Shown: positions 41,824 to 51,906 of the stretch, piece by piece
Numbering within the stretch: the first letter of the stretch is position 1
How the letters are laid out: each line of letters begins with the position of its first letter
From: Flavobacteriales bacterium
GTDB taxonomy: Bacteria > Bacteroidota > Bacteroidia > Flavobacteriales > UBA7312
Direction of reading: 5' to 3'
Length of the DNA: 64,000 bases
NCBI GenBank assembly: GCA_965661345.1
Contig: CBFIDK010000001.1
Coordinates: 3,896 to 67,895, forward strand
Notes under the pieces: generated by a model
Told to the model about the DNA's origin: nothing
Databases searched by the model: none
Seen by the model: only the letters and a program-made list of their open reading frames with translations
Program-made: the position numbers and the translations under genes

Positions 41824-42411
41824 ATGAAGAAATTTATCTACATAGCGGTAGTTATATTAATATCAACCTTTTTACCTAATGATTCAACTGCCGGTGGCCC
41901 CAAAAATAAAGCTCAAAAAAGCTTTTTTTTAGAAACAAATCATTTGTTGTTTATGCCCGCTTTAACATTGGATTACACAAAAATAATTCGTAAAAAATAC
42001 GGTTACAGTTTTTCGGCAGGAGTAAGCACAATTGATCAGAAAAAGAGGTATATCGTACCTCCGAATATCGGTTTCCCCATAAATGGAAGTATTTTGTACG
42101 GTAGTAAAAATAGTTTTTTTGAGTGTGGATTAACTATTCGCCCACAAGTATTTTTCACAAAAGATTATGTTCATCACAATCATTTTAATTTTGAAGAAAA
42201 GTTAATTGCTAATTCAAACTTGGTATATCTAACACCTAGAGTGGGCTATCGATATCAAGATAAAAGAAACCTAAGTTTTAAAGTAAGTGTTGGCCCTCAA
42301 TTCAACATTGCAAGGTCTAATTACGTTGAATATACTGGAAAGATTTTCAACAACTACGAATATCTTGAATCGTTATATATTCAGATAGCTGTTGGCTTTG
42401 TTTTAAAATAA
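41824..42411 (+). CDS. Hypothetical outer-membrane beta-barrel protein
   Basis: ATG 41824 (MKKFIYIAVV signal); FFECG, VGYRYQ, terminal AVGF. Confidence 0.65.
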   Translation: MKKFIYIAVVILISTFLPNDSTAGGPKNKAQKSFFLETNHLLFMPALTLDYTKIIRKKYGYSFSAGVSTIDQKKRYIVPPNIGFPINGSILYGSKNSFFECGLTIRPQVFFTKDYVHHNHFNFEEKLIANSNLVYLTPRVGYRYQDKRNLSFKVSVGPQFNIARSNYVEYTGKIFNNYEYLESLYIQIAVGFVLK

Positions 42412-42417
42412 TTTTTT

Positions 42418-43050
42418 TTAAAAGTTTATTCCCAGAAAAACATTTATATAAAGCTTATCTGCTTTTGTGCTTTTACTATCAGAAAATTCTTCAGAAGTAT
42501 TAGGCTTAGATTTAGAAGAAATATCTAAGAGGTGGTAGCCCCCATTAATATCCATTAATAAGCTATTAAAAATAGAAAACTGAACACCCGTTCCAATGCC
42601 TCTACCTAGTTCAGATATTTTCTTTTCATAACCAGAATTACTATCTGGCCTTTCATCAATAAATGTTTCCATGTATGAAGAATAGGTGCCAAAAAGATTT
42701 ATATACACACCTTTAGGCGCATCCCAAGTAAAATAATACTTTACTTCAGGAACAAACATATAGCCAGAATATCTATACGCGTCTAGATCGTAAAACGATT
42801 TACCTTGAAATTCATAAAGTTCTCCCTTTTTTTTATCAGATAAAATGGTGGCATTTATTTTATAAGAAAATTGAGCGGCATTTCTACTATAACCTGGGTC
42901 TAGCATGCGCTCAAACGCTAATGAGTACCCTCCAACTGGAGCAAAAGGTTGAAATAAACTTGTACTCAAAACATTATCAGAAACTCTGAATGTTTGAGAT
43001 TGACACACAACCGTCACTAATATAGATAATAGAAAAAAGAAAATTCTCAT
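42418..43050 (-). CDS. Hypothetical outer-membrane beta-barrel protein (DUF3575-like)
   Basis: Signal peptide; SLAFER, PEVKYY, PKGVY, C-terminal LGINF. Confidence 0.65.
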   Translation of the reverse strand: MRIFFFLLSILVTVVCQSQTFRVSDNVLSTSLFQPFAPVGGYSLAFERMLDPGYSRNAAQFSYKINATILSDKKKGELYEFQGKSFYDLDAYRYSGYMFVPEVKYYFTWDAPKGVYINLFGTYSSYMETFIDERPDSNSGYEKKISELGRGIGTGVQFSIFNSLLMDINGGYHLLDISSKSKPNTSEEFSDSKSTKADKLYINVFLGINF

Positions 43051-43256
43051 GTAGTACAAATATGAGCATTATTTTATTAGTTATTTGCATCAATTCTAAC
43101 AAAATATTACACGTTCAAAGTGTAAAAACTACACGATTTATGCTTTTTTGATTTAAAATATTAAATTAATACTAGAGTATAAATAGAATTTTATTACAAT
43201 AATCAAAAAACCATAATCACAGAAAGTTAAAACCTCAATTTTATATCTTTTTGTGT

Positions 43257-43264
43257 TAAATTTG
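43257..43264 (+). promoter_or_regulatory. -7 promoter element TAAATTTG upstream of pdhA
   Basis: TAnnTTTG 20 nt before ATG 43285. Confidence 0.6.
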
Positions 43265-43284
43265 CGTCTATTATAAATAAACCT

Positions 43285-44280
43285 ATGGCGAAAAAGATTT
43301 CAAAAGAAACTTATTTAAAATGGTACAGAGATATGCTTTTGTGGCGAAAATTAGAAGACAAAGCATCGGCTCTATACATTCAACAAAAAATTAGAGGTTT
43401 TTTACACCTTTACAATGGTCAAGAAGCTATTCTTGCAGGATGTAGAGCTGCAATTGACCCCTCAAAAGACAAGATGATTACAGCGTACCGTAATCATGTA
43501 CAGCCAATAGCTATGGGTGTTGATCCAAAATATGTAATGGCCGAACTTATGGGTAAAATCACTGGCTGCTCTAAAGGAAACGGAGGCTCTATGCACATGT
43601 TTAGCAAAGAGCACAACTTCTATGGAGGTCATGGTATCGTAGGTGGTCAAATTCCCTTAGGTGCTGGCTTAGCTTTTGCTGATAAATACAATGGAAGCGA
43701 CGCTGTTACCTTATGTTTTATGGGTGACGGTGCCGTTAGACAAGGTTCTCTACACGAAACATTTAACCTAGCAATGCTATGGAAATTACCAGTAGTATTT
43801 ATTGTAGAAAATAATGGTTACGCCATGGGAACATCTGTTGAAAGAACAGCTAACCATACCGAAATCTGGAAATTAGGCTTAGGATACGAGATGCCTAGCA
43901 AAGCCGTTGACGGCATGAGCCCAGTAACAATGATGGAAGCCGTTGAAGAAGCCGTTGCTAGAGCAAGAAAAGGTGATGGCCCAACATTTTTAGAGGCAAA
44001 AACATACAGGTACAAAGGTCATTCAATGTCTGATGCTCAACACTATCGCACTAAAGACGAAGTTAGTGAGTATCAAAAAATTGACCCTATAAACACGACA
44101 CTAGAACATATTAAGAAAAATAAGTTTGCTAACGATAAGGAAATCGAAGCAATAAATCAAGAAGTAAAAGAAACGGTTGCTGATGCAATTAAATTTGCTG
44201 ATGAATCGCCGTTTCCTACTAAACAAGATTTATACGATAGTGTTTATGAGCAAGTAGATTATCCATTTATTAAAGATTAA
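43285..44280 (+). CDS. pdhA: Pyruvate dehydrogenase E1 alpha
   Basis: GFLHLYNGQEA, GGSMH, GDGA...NN TPP motif, YRYKGHSMSD. Confidence 0.96.
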   Translation: MAKKISKETYLKWYRDMLLWRKLEDKASALYIQQKIRGFLHLYNGQEAILAGCRAAIDPSKDKMITAYRNHVQPIAMGVDPKYVMAELMGKITGCSKGNGGSMHMFSKEHNFYGGHGIVGGQIPLGAGLAFADKYNGSDAVTLCFMGDGAVRQGSLHETFNLAMLWKLPVVFIVENNGYAMGTSVERTANHTEIWKLGLGYEMPSKAVDGMSPVTMMEAVEEAVARARKGDGPTFLEAKTYRYKGHSMSDAQHYRTKDEVSEYQKIDPINTTLEHIKKNKFANDKEIEAINQEVKETVADAIKFADESPFPTKQDLYDSVYEQVDYPFIKD

Positions 44281-44284
44281 GAAG

Positions 44285-45529
44285 ATGGCAGAAGTAGTAA
44301 ATATGCCGCGACTCAGCGATACAATGACTGAAGGTGTGGTAGCAAAATGGCACAAAAATGTTGGTGACCAAGTTTCAGAAGGCGATTTATTAGCCGAAAT
44401 CGAAACAGATAAAGCCACAATGGAATTCGAAAGTTTCCAAGAAGGGTTTTTGTTACATATCGGAGTCGCCGAAGGAGCAAAAGCTCCCGTTGATAGTATA
44501 TTGGCTATTTTAGGTGAAAAAGGTGAAGATATTACTGAATTGTTAAAACCTGAGGCTGAAACAACTCCAGAGCCCAAAAAAGAAGAGCCGGCAAAACCAG
44601 CTCCCAAGGCAGTAGAAACACCTAAAAAAGAAGAACCAAAAGTTTCCATACCCCCCGTCAAGACACCAGAAGCACCAGTTGAAAGCAATGGTAAAGCGGT
44701 AGCTTCACCCCTAGCTAAAAAATTAGCTGATGAGAGAAATATAAATCTTGCATTAGTTAAAGGAACAGGTGATGCCGGTAGAATAGTAAAACGCGATATT
44801 GACAATTTCTCTGGCGGAAATTCTGCGCCATCTGTTGAACGCTACACAGAAGTAGAAGTTTCTCAAATGAGAAAGGTCATAGCTCAGAGACTTGGTGAAA
44901 GTAAATTTTCAGCACCACACTTCTACCTTACTTGTGAAATAAATATGGATAAAACCATTGAAGCAAGGAAAGCAATTAACACCGTATCTCCGGTAAAAAT
45001 ATCGTTCAATGATATGATAGTTAAAGCCACATCAATGGCTTTACAAGCTCACCCACAAGTAAACTCTAGCTGGTTGGGAGATAGAATTAGATTCAATGAA
45101 CATATTCACATTGGAGTAGCTATGGCTATCGAAGACGGTTTATTAGTTCCTGTTGTTCGATTTGCTAACAACAAACGATTATCTGAAATATCGGCCGAAG
45201 TAAAAGAATATGGCGTAAGAGCCAAAGCCAAAAAACTTCAACCTGAAGATTGGGAAGGAAATACATTTACTATTTCAAATTTAGGAATGTTTGATATTGA
45301 AGCTTTTACTGCAATTATAAACCCTCCCGATGCTTGTATACTAGCAATAGGTAGTATTGTAGAAAAACCAATTGTAAAGAATGGCGAGATAGTTATTGGA
45401 AACACACTTAAGGTTACCCTATCGTGTGACCATAGAGTTGTTGACGGTGTTGTTGGCTCAAAATTCCTCGGAACTTTAAAAAGTTACTTAGAAAATCCCG
45501 TTCTATTCATGGGATCAAACAACATCTAA
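44285..45529 (+). CDS. pdhC: Dihydrolipoamide acetyltransferase E2 (single lipoyl domain)
   Basis: ETDKATME, ASPLAKKLA, TISNLG, CDHRVVDG. Confidence 0.95.
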   Translation: MAEVVNMPRLSDTMTEGVVAKWHKNVGDQVSEGDLLAEIETDKATMEFESFQEGFLLHIGVAEGAKAPVDSILAILGEKGEDITELLKPEAETTPEPKKEEPAKPAPKAVETPKKEEPKVSIPPVKTPEAPVESNGKAVASPLAKKLADERNINLALVKGTGDAGRIVKRDIDNFSGGNSAPSVERYTEVEVSQMRKVIAQRLGESKFSAPHFYLTCEINMDKTIEARKAINTVSPVKISFNDMIVKATSMALQAHPQVNSSWLGDRIRFNEHIHIGVAMAIEDGLLVPVVRFANNKRLSEISAEVKEYGVRAKAKKLQPEDWEGNTFTISNLGMFDIEAFTAIINPPDACILAIGSIVEKPIVKNGEIVIGNTLKVTLSCDHRVVDGVVGSKFLGTLKSYLENPVLFMGSNNI

Positions 45530-45551
45530 CAATAGAGTGAAAAAGTAATTC

Positions 45552-45583
45552 AAGCCCTATCAATTCTGATAGGGCTTTTTTTT
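45552..45583 (+). terminator. Intrinsic terminator after pdhC
   Basis: AAGCCCTATCA-attc-TGATAGGGCTT plus T tract. Confidence 0.88.
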
Positions 45584-45594
45584 ATCTTTATGCC

Positions 45595-47688
45595 ATGCAA
45601 CAATTTTTTACTTCAATAGAATACTTGAAAGGCGTTGGACCCAAACGAGCTGAGCTGCTGAGAAGTGAATTACGCATTCATACTTTTAATGATTTACTCA
45701 ATTATTTTCCATTTAGGTATGTAGACAAAACAAAGTTCTATAAAACAAATGAGGTTAATAGTGACTTGCCCTATGTCCAAATTATCGGAAAAATCAGCGA
45801 TTTAAAAGAAGTTGGGGCAAAACACAGTAAGAGATTAACTGCAAAATTAAATGATAGTAATGGAGCGCTTGACCTAGTTTGGTTTAAAGGCACTAAATGG
45901 GTAAAAGAAGGCATTAAAGCTAATGTCGATTATGTGGTATTTGGTAAGCCAAATTTATTTAATGGAAAAATTAATATTGTTCATCCAGAACTCGAATTAA
46001 TTAGTAATAATAAAAGTGATGGACTAAACAAATTACAACCCATTTACTCAACAACTGAGCAATTAAGTAATAAAGGCCTGACAAACAAAGCTATTGGAAA
46101 ACTGACAAAAGTCCTTCTTCCACAGCTAATAAATGATATCAAAGAAAATATTTCAGATGAACTTATTCAAAAACTAAATTTATTGCCTCGAAAAGAAGCA
46201 TACGCAAACATTCACTTTCCAAAAGACAGTCAGACCCTTCAGAGGGCACAATACAGATTAAAATTTGAAGAACTATTTTTTCTTCAACTGCAACTTATAA
46301 GAATGAAGATTGTTCGCCAAAAGAAATTAAAAGGATTCCCTCTTTCCACAATTGGCGAACATTTTAACGACTTTTTTCATAATCATTTGCCTTTTGAACT
46401 TACAAATGCACAAAAAAGGGTAATTAAAGAAATTAGGCATGATTCTTCAAAAGAGTCGCAAATGAATAGACTTTTGCAAGGAGACGTAGGAAGTGGCAAA
46501 ACTCTGGTAGCATTAATGAGCATATTGATGGCCATAGATAATGGTTTTCAAACTTGCTTAATGGCTCCAACTGAAATACTAGCTCAACAACATTTTGAAA
46601 CGCTCAATGACCTTTTAAAAGAAATGCCTTTAAAAGTTGCATTATTAACTGGTTCAGTAAAAAAATCAGAACGAAATGGCATTCATGAAGGCTTAGAAAA
46701 CGGAGAAATCAATATTCTGGTTGGCACACACGCCTTATTGGAAGATAAAGTAAAGTTTAAAAACCTTGGATTTGTAGTGATTGATGAACAACATCGATTT
46801 GGTGTAGCACAAAGAGCCAAAATGTGGCTGAAAAACACCAAACCGCCACACATTCTTGTTATGACTGCAACACCAATTCCTAGAACATTAGCCATGACGC
46901 TCTATGGCGATTTGGATATTTCTGTCATAGACGAGCTTCCTCCTGGAAGAAAAGAAATAAAAACCATTTGGAAAGCTGAAAGCGGTAGACTTAATATGCT
47001 TGGATTTATCCAAAAAGAATTAGAAAAAGGCAGACAAGCGTACATCGTTTATCCACTAATTAATGAAAGTGAGAAACTGGATTACAAAGACTTAATGGAT
47101 GGCTATGAAAGTATTTGTAGAACATTCAAAGACTATAACATTAGTATCGTTCATGGACAAATGAAATCAGAAGATAAAGATTTCGAAATGAATCGCTTTG
47201 TAAAAGGAGAAACAAAAATAATGGTTGCAACTACAGTTATTGAAGTCGGCGTAAATGTCCCCAATGCTTCAATAATGGTAATCGAAAGTGCCGAACGTTT
47301 TGGGTTATCTCAACTTCATCAACTTAGAGGACGAGTAGGAAGAGGAGCCGAACAATCCTATTGCATACTCATGAGTGGAAATAAAATAAGCACTGAGGGG
47401 CAAGAACGATTAAAAACAATGGTGAGAACTACAGACGGCTTTGAAATTGCTGAAGTTGATTTAAAACTAAGAGGACCTGGAGACCTAATGGGAACGCAAC
47501 AAAGCGGAATGCTCGAATTAAAGATTGCAGATTTAATAAAAGATAACGCTATACTAAGCTACGCTCGACAACTAGCACTAGAATTACTTAAAGAAGATCC
47601 CAATTTAAAATTACCTAAAAATAAGGCGATATTACAGCATTACAAAGAAGTGAGTACTAAGCAAGTTGAATGGAGTAGAATATCATAA
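45595..47688 (+). CDS. recG: ATP-dependent DNA helicase RecG
   Basis: QGDVGSGKT, DEQHRFG, TATPIPRT, QLRGRVGRG, RGPGD. Confidence 0.97.
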   Translation: MQQFFTSIEYLKGVGPKRAELLRSELRIHTFNDLLNYFPFRYVDKTKFYKTNEVNSDLPYVQIIGKISDLKEVGAKHSKRLTAKLNDSNGALDLVWFKGTKWVKEGIKANVDYVVFGKPNLFNGKINIVHPELELISNNKSDGLNKLQPIYSTTEQLSNKGLTNKAIGKLTKVLLPQLINDIKENISDELIQKLNLLPRKEAYANIHFPKDSQTLQRAQYRLKFEELFFLQLQLIRMKIVRQKKLKGFPLSTIGEHFNDFFHNHLPFELTNAQKRVIKEIRHDSSKESQMNRLLQGDVGSGKTLVALMSILMAIDNGFQTCLMAPTEILAQQHFETLNDLLKEMPLKVALLTGSVKKSERNGIHEGLENGEINILVGTHALLEDKVKFKNLGFVVIDEQHRFGVAQRAKMWLKNTKPPHILVMTATPIPRTLAMTLYGDLDISVIDELPPGRKEIKTIWKAESGRLNMLGFIQKELEKGRQAYIVYPLINESEKLDYKDLMDGYESICRTFKDYNISIVHGQMKSEDKDFEMNRFVKGETKIMVATTVIEVGVNVPNASIMVIESAERFGLSQLHQLRGRVGRGAEQSYCILMSGNKISTEGQERLKTMVRTTDGFEIAEVDLKLRGPGDLMGTQQSGMLELKIADLIKDNAILSYARQLALELLKEDPNLKLPKNKAILQHYKEVSTKQVEWSRIS

Positions 47689-47746
47689 TTATCAATCTGA
47701 TAATACCTCATTCTTTTTATTACTTTTGTTGACTAATTTATTGTAG

Positions 47747-50173
47747 ATGAAGATTTCATACAACTGGTTAAAAGAATACGTAAACGTTGATTTAGATGCC
47801 ACTGCAGTAGCCAAATTTTTAACGGATACTGGACTCGAAGTAGAAGGGATTGAAACTGTTGAAAGCATAAAAGGTGGACTCAAAGGAATTGTTATTGGGG
47901 AAGTCCTTACCAAAGAACAACACCCAAATGCGGATCGATTAAGCATTACTACCGTTGATATTGGACAAGAAAATAAGCTGCAAATTGTATGTGGCGCGCC
48001 AAATGTTGAGGCTGGTCAAAAAGTGCCAGTAGCTACAATTGGAACAATATTATATTCAGGCGAAGAATCTTTTAAAATTAAAAAAGGAAAAATTAGAGGC
48101 GAAGTATCTGAAGGAATGATTTGTGCTGAAGACGAAATTGGCTTAGGAGAAAGTCATGATGGCATAATGGTTTTAGATAGCGATGCTCAAATAGGACAAT
48201 TAGCCAGCGATTATTTCAAAATAGATACTGATATTGTTTTTGAAATTGGCCTCACTCCTAATCGTTCAGACGCCATGTCACATATTGGAGTGGCGAGAGA
48301 TCTGGCCGCAGTACTACACCACAATAACATTGATTGTAAATTAGAATTTCCGGATATAAGTTCTTTCAAAGAAGGAAATAATAAAACATTTGAAATTGAA
48401 GTCAAGGATTTAAAAGCATGTCCAAGATATGCTGGCTTAAATATCGAAAATGTAAAGGTTGGAAGCTCACCTGATTGGTTAAAGAAAAAGTTAACCTCTA
48501 TTGGATTAACACCAATAAACAATGTAGTTGACATAACTAACTTTGTATTGCATGAAACCGGTCAACCCTTACATGCTTTTGACGCTTCAAAAATCAAAAA
48601 TCAAAAAGTAATAGTACAACAACTTGCCGAAAATACCGTATTCAAAACACTAGATGAGCAAGAGAGAAAATTATCTTCAGAAGATTTGATTATTTGTAAT
48701 GGCAATAACGAACCAATGTGTTTGGCAGGAGTATTTGGCGGTATTGATTCTGGAGTAAGTGATTCTACGACAAATGTATTTTTAGAAAGCGCATATTTTA
48801 ACCCGGTATCTGTTAGAAAAACTGCAAAAAAACACAACCTAAGTACTGATGCCTCATTTAGATTTGAAAGAAGCGTAGATCCTAACCTTGTATTATTTGC
48901 ATTAAAAAGAGCCGCCAATCTACTAGTAGAAATTTGTGGCGCAACTATCGAATCAAAAATAAGTGATGTATACCCAAATAAAATAAATCACACATCGCTT
49001 ACACTACATTTCGATAAAGTGGACACCATCATCGGAGAAAAAATTGATAGAGAACAAATTACGGCTATCTTAAATGACTTGGACATAATAGTAGAAAAGA
49101 AAACCGATTCTCAATTGGAACTATCCATTCCGCCCTACCGAATTGATGTAACTAGACAAGAGGATATTATTGAAGAAATTTTAAGAATATACGGATATAA
49201 CAACATTAAAATACCCAAACAAATAAAATCGTCTATTTCTTACTCCAAAAAACCCAACACTCACGATTTAGAAAATTTGATTTCCAATCTTCTAAGTAAC
49301 AACGGTTTTAACGAGTGCATGAATAATTCGCTATCTAAATCATCTTACTCAAAATTAATCCATGAAATAGATGACGAAAAGCAAATAAGTTTGTTGAATC
49401 CATTGAGTCAAGAATTGGATGGCATGAGACAAAGCATGTTATTTTCGGGCTTAGAAAATATTTCTTATAACTTGAATAGAAAAGCCTCGGACTTAAGTTT
49501 CTATGAATTTGGTAACACATACCACCTAGAAAAGGGTAAATATGAAGAAAATAGAAAATTAATGCTTCTTGCTACTGGAAACACCTCATTTGAAAATTGG
49601 GACAATACTTTAAAACAAAAAGATTTCTTTTGGATGAAAAAGAGTGTTGAACATATACTCAAAAGACTAGGAATTGATAATTTTAAAGGAAAATCCTCAG
49701 AATTTTCATACTTAAATGATGCTTTTTGCTTGACATTAAAAAAAGAAGTTATTGCAAGAATTGGAAGTGTATCAGACGCTATTTTAAGTGAATTTGGCAT
49801 TAAAAATAAGGTCTTATTTGCAGAGATTGAATGGGGGTTAGTTATCAATCAATTAAAGCATAACAACACTAACTATAAAGAAATAAATAAATTCCCTGCT
49901 GTCCGCAGAGATTTAGCATTATTACTAGATAAAAACATTGAGTTTTCCGTACTGAAAACAATAGCAAAACAAACAGAAAATAAACTGCTAAAATCCGTAA
50001 ACTTATTTGACGTTTATGAAGGCGATAAGCTTCCAAAAGGTAAGAAGTCTTACGCCATGAGTTTTGCTTTGGAAAGTTCGGAGAAAACCCTGACAGATAA
50101 AGAGATTGACGAGGTTATGAATAACCTAATTCAATCGTTTGAACAGAAAGTAGGTGCTGAAGTTAGAAAGTAA
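47747..50173 (+). CDS. pheT: Phenylalanyl-tRNA synthetase beta subunit
   Basis: MKISYNWL, HPNADRL, VCGAPN, TPNRSD, RFER, RRDLA. Confidence 0.97.
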   Translation: MKISYNWLKEYVNVDLDATAVAKFLTDTGLEVEGIETVESIKGGLKGIVIGEVLTKEQHPNADRLSITTVDIGQENKLQIVCGAPNVEAGQKVPVATIGTILYSGEESFKIKKGKIRGEVSEGMICAEDEIGLGESHDGIMVLDSDAQIGQLASDYFKIDTDIVFEIGLTPNRSDAMSHIGVARDLAAVLHHNNIDCKLEFPDISSFKEGNNKTFEIEVKDLKACPRYAGLNIENVKVGSSPDWLKKKLTSIGLTPINNVVDITNFVLHETGQPLHAFDASKIKNQKVIVQQLAENTVFKTLDEQERKLSSEDLIICNGNNEPMCLAGVFGGIDSGVSDSTTNVFLESAYFNPVSVRKTAKKHNLSTDASFRFERSVDPNLVLFALKRAANLLVEICGATIESKISDVYPNKINHTSLTLHFDKVDTIIGEKIDREQITAILNDLDIIVEKKTDSQLELSIPPYRIDVTRQEDIIEEILRIYGYNNIKIPKQIKSSISYSKKPNTHDLENLISNLLSNNGFNECMNNSLSKSSYSKLIHEIDDEKQISLLNPLSQELDGMRQSMLFSGLENISYNLNRKASDLSFYEFGNTYHLEKGKYEENRKLMLLATGNTSFENWDNTLKQKDFFWMKKSVEHILKRLGIDNFKGKSSEFSYLNDAFCLTLKKEVIARIGSVSDAILSEFGIKNKVLFAEIEWGLVINQLKHNNTNYKEINKFPAVRRDLALLLDKNIEFSVLKTIAKQTENKLLKSVNLFDVYEGDKLPKGKKSYAMSFALESSEKTLTDKEIDEVMNNLIQSFEQKVGAEVRK

Positions 50174-50184
50174 ATTCAATTTCT

Positions 50185-50192
50185 TATATTTG
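50185..50192 (+). promoter_or_regulatory. -7 promoter element TATATTTG
   Basis: TAnnTTTG upstream of ATG 50229. Confidence 0.6.
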
Positions 50193-50228
50193 ACATCAAC
50201 AAATTAATTAAGTAAACGCTGAGTTAAA

Positions 50229-51425
50229 ATGAAAAAAGTTGCCCTAGTATTATTCGGTTTGTCTTTAGGTATTGTATCACAAGCCCAAGAGAGTGTCGTA
50301 AAAGTTAGCGCATTAGACGCTGCCTTTGGCATGTATGAAGTTTCTTATGAAAGAACTTTAAATGAAGGAATGAACACTATAAATGCTTCTGGAAGAACAA
50401 GAAAACAAGGTAAATGGCCAAACATTCTTACTAAAGGTTCTTTACAAATCTCAGCTGCTTTTATTAGTACAAAGCACGATCAAGTATTTGGTGATGGATT
50501 AATTGCAGTTATCGATACTAATTCAAATCATGATCCAGGAAATTTGGTTGGTGGCTTTCAAGTTGTAGCAGACCCTTTAGAACATTCTGTTTCAAGACAA
50601 ACAACTACTAAAGTAAGTGGATTTGGCTTAGGATTTGAATATAGAAGTTATATTAAAACTTACAGTCAGAAAATTGGTGACCCTCCAAGAGGATGGTACA
50701 TCGCTCCTTTTGTTAATATACAATCTACAACAATTGATTTTGATGATAATACTGCTTTAGAAACCAATCAAGCAATGAACTACCTGATGTATCCAAGCTT
50801 GTATGAAAACGATATTTTTGGTGATTTTGATGGTCCTTGGTTGGGTTCTGAAAATACTGATCCGGCAGCAACTAACTTCGGTTCATTGAGCACTGATGGA
50901 GCAATTACAACCAATCCAAACTCTAGTAATTCATTAGTTTCAAATAATGACTTGAGTTGGCATGATGTTTCTCACAAAACAAGCGAGTTTAGTCTAATCG
51001 CTGGTTTGGCAATTGGTCGTCAGTGGTTATTTTATGATAAGTTTTCTTTAGATATTCAAATAGGGCCACAATACAAAATGGTCAGTAGAAGTGAGCGAGT
51101 GTTTAATGGAAATGAAACATGGAATATCAATCAAGTAGCTGACAACGTAAATACTGTTGCTGCTGCTAATGGAGTTTCTCCTGACTTTTACCTTCAAACT
51201 AAATTTGGTGATGTTTATGCCTTTGACGGAACTGCTCCAGATTCAGATGTTGCAAACGGTTATTATGGTGTAATTGATGAAGATGGCAATAACGTAGTTA
51301 TAAAAGCTAAAGGTGATGAGTCACTAAAATTCACATCTGGATTTTATAGAGACTTACCTGGATTGACTGATTTTGCTAAAATAGATACATATAGAATCAA
51401 AATAAGATTAGGATACACCTTTTAG
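50229..51425 (+). CDS. Outer-membrane beta-barrel protein (DUF3575-like) with long inserted loops
   Basis: Signal peptide; EVSYER, FEYRSY, RGWYIAP, IGRQW, terminal LGYTF. Confidence 0.7.
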   Translation: MKKVALVLFGLSLGIVSQAQESVVKVSALDAAFGMYEVSYERTLNEGMNTINASGRTRKQGKWPNILTKGSLQISAAFISTKHDQVFGDGLIAVIDTNSNHDPGNLVGGFQVVADPLEHSVSRQTTTKVSGFGLGFEYRSYIKTYSQKIGDPPRGWYIAPFVNIQSTTIDFDDNTALETNQAMNYLMYPSLYENDIFGDFDGPWLGSENTDPAATNFGSLSTDGAITTNPNSSNSLVSNNDLSWHDVSHKTSEFSLIAGLAIGRQWLFYDKFSLDIQIGPQYKMVSRSERVFNGNETWNINQVADNVNTVAAANGVSPDFYLQTKFGDVYAFDGTAPDSDVANGYYGVIDEDGNNVVIKAKGDESLKFTSGFYRDLPGLTDFAKIDTYRIKIRLGYTF

Positions 51426-51471
51426 TATTCCTAAAAAATTAGAATTATAATTTTTACTTAACCTTAACAAT

Positions 51472-51834
51472 ATGAATTTTAAAATAATTGCCTTTAGTTT
51501 ATTGTCAGCAGTAGTACTTTCTTCATGTTCTGACTGCTTAGACTGCCAAAGCTCGACTGATTTAAACCTAACGGTTGAATATTACTCTGCCGGCACTTTA
51601 GACTCTGTATCTACTGTTTCTTACAGCGGTGAAGGGTATGTTAACACTACATTGCCTAACTCTATACTATTAAGTGATGATTTTAGTAGTTATCTAAGCC
51701 CTGTTTCTATTAGAGAGACATGTGGGCAAGAACTGAAAGATATTAATAACTCATCTATATCTTTTGAAACTGTAACTGGTGATTCATCCGCTTTATTCAA
51801 GTACTCTTGGACAGAAAGTTGGGAATGCAAATAA
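51472..51834 (+). CDS. Small cysteine-containing lipoprotein
   Basis: Lipobox LSS-C, then CLDC, TCG and terminal WECK. Confidence 0.75.
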   Translation: MNFKIIAFSLLSAVVLSSCSDCLDCQSSTDLNLTVEYYSAGTLDSVSTVSYSGEGYVNTTLPNSILLSDDFSSYLSPVSIRETCGQELKDINNSSISFETVTGDSSALFKYSWTESWECK

Positions 51835-51855
51835 AAGACCCAGTTTAATTGACAT

Positions 51856-51887
51856 AAAAAAAGCACATCATTTTGATGTGCTTTTTT
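51856..51887. terminator. Bidirectional intrinsic terminator
   Basis: AAAAAAAGCACATCA-ttt-TGATGTGCTTTTTT between convergent genes. Confidence 0.88.
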
Positions 51888-51906
51888 AATTTATAGGTAT
51901 CTCCAA

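Noticed and set aside
43285-50173. pdhA-pdhC without pdhB, and pheT without pheS
   Set aside because: Separation of these partners is common in Bacteroidota.
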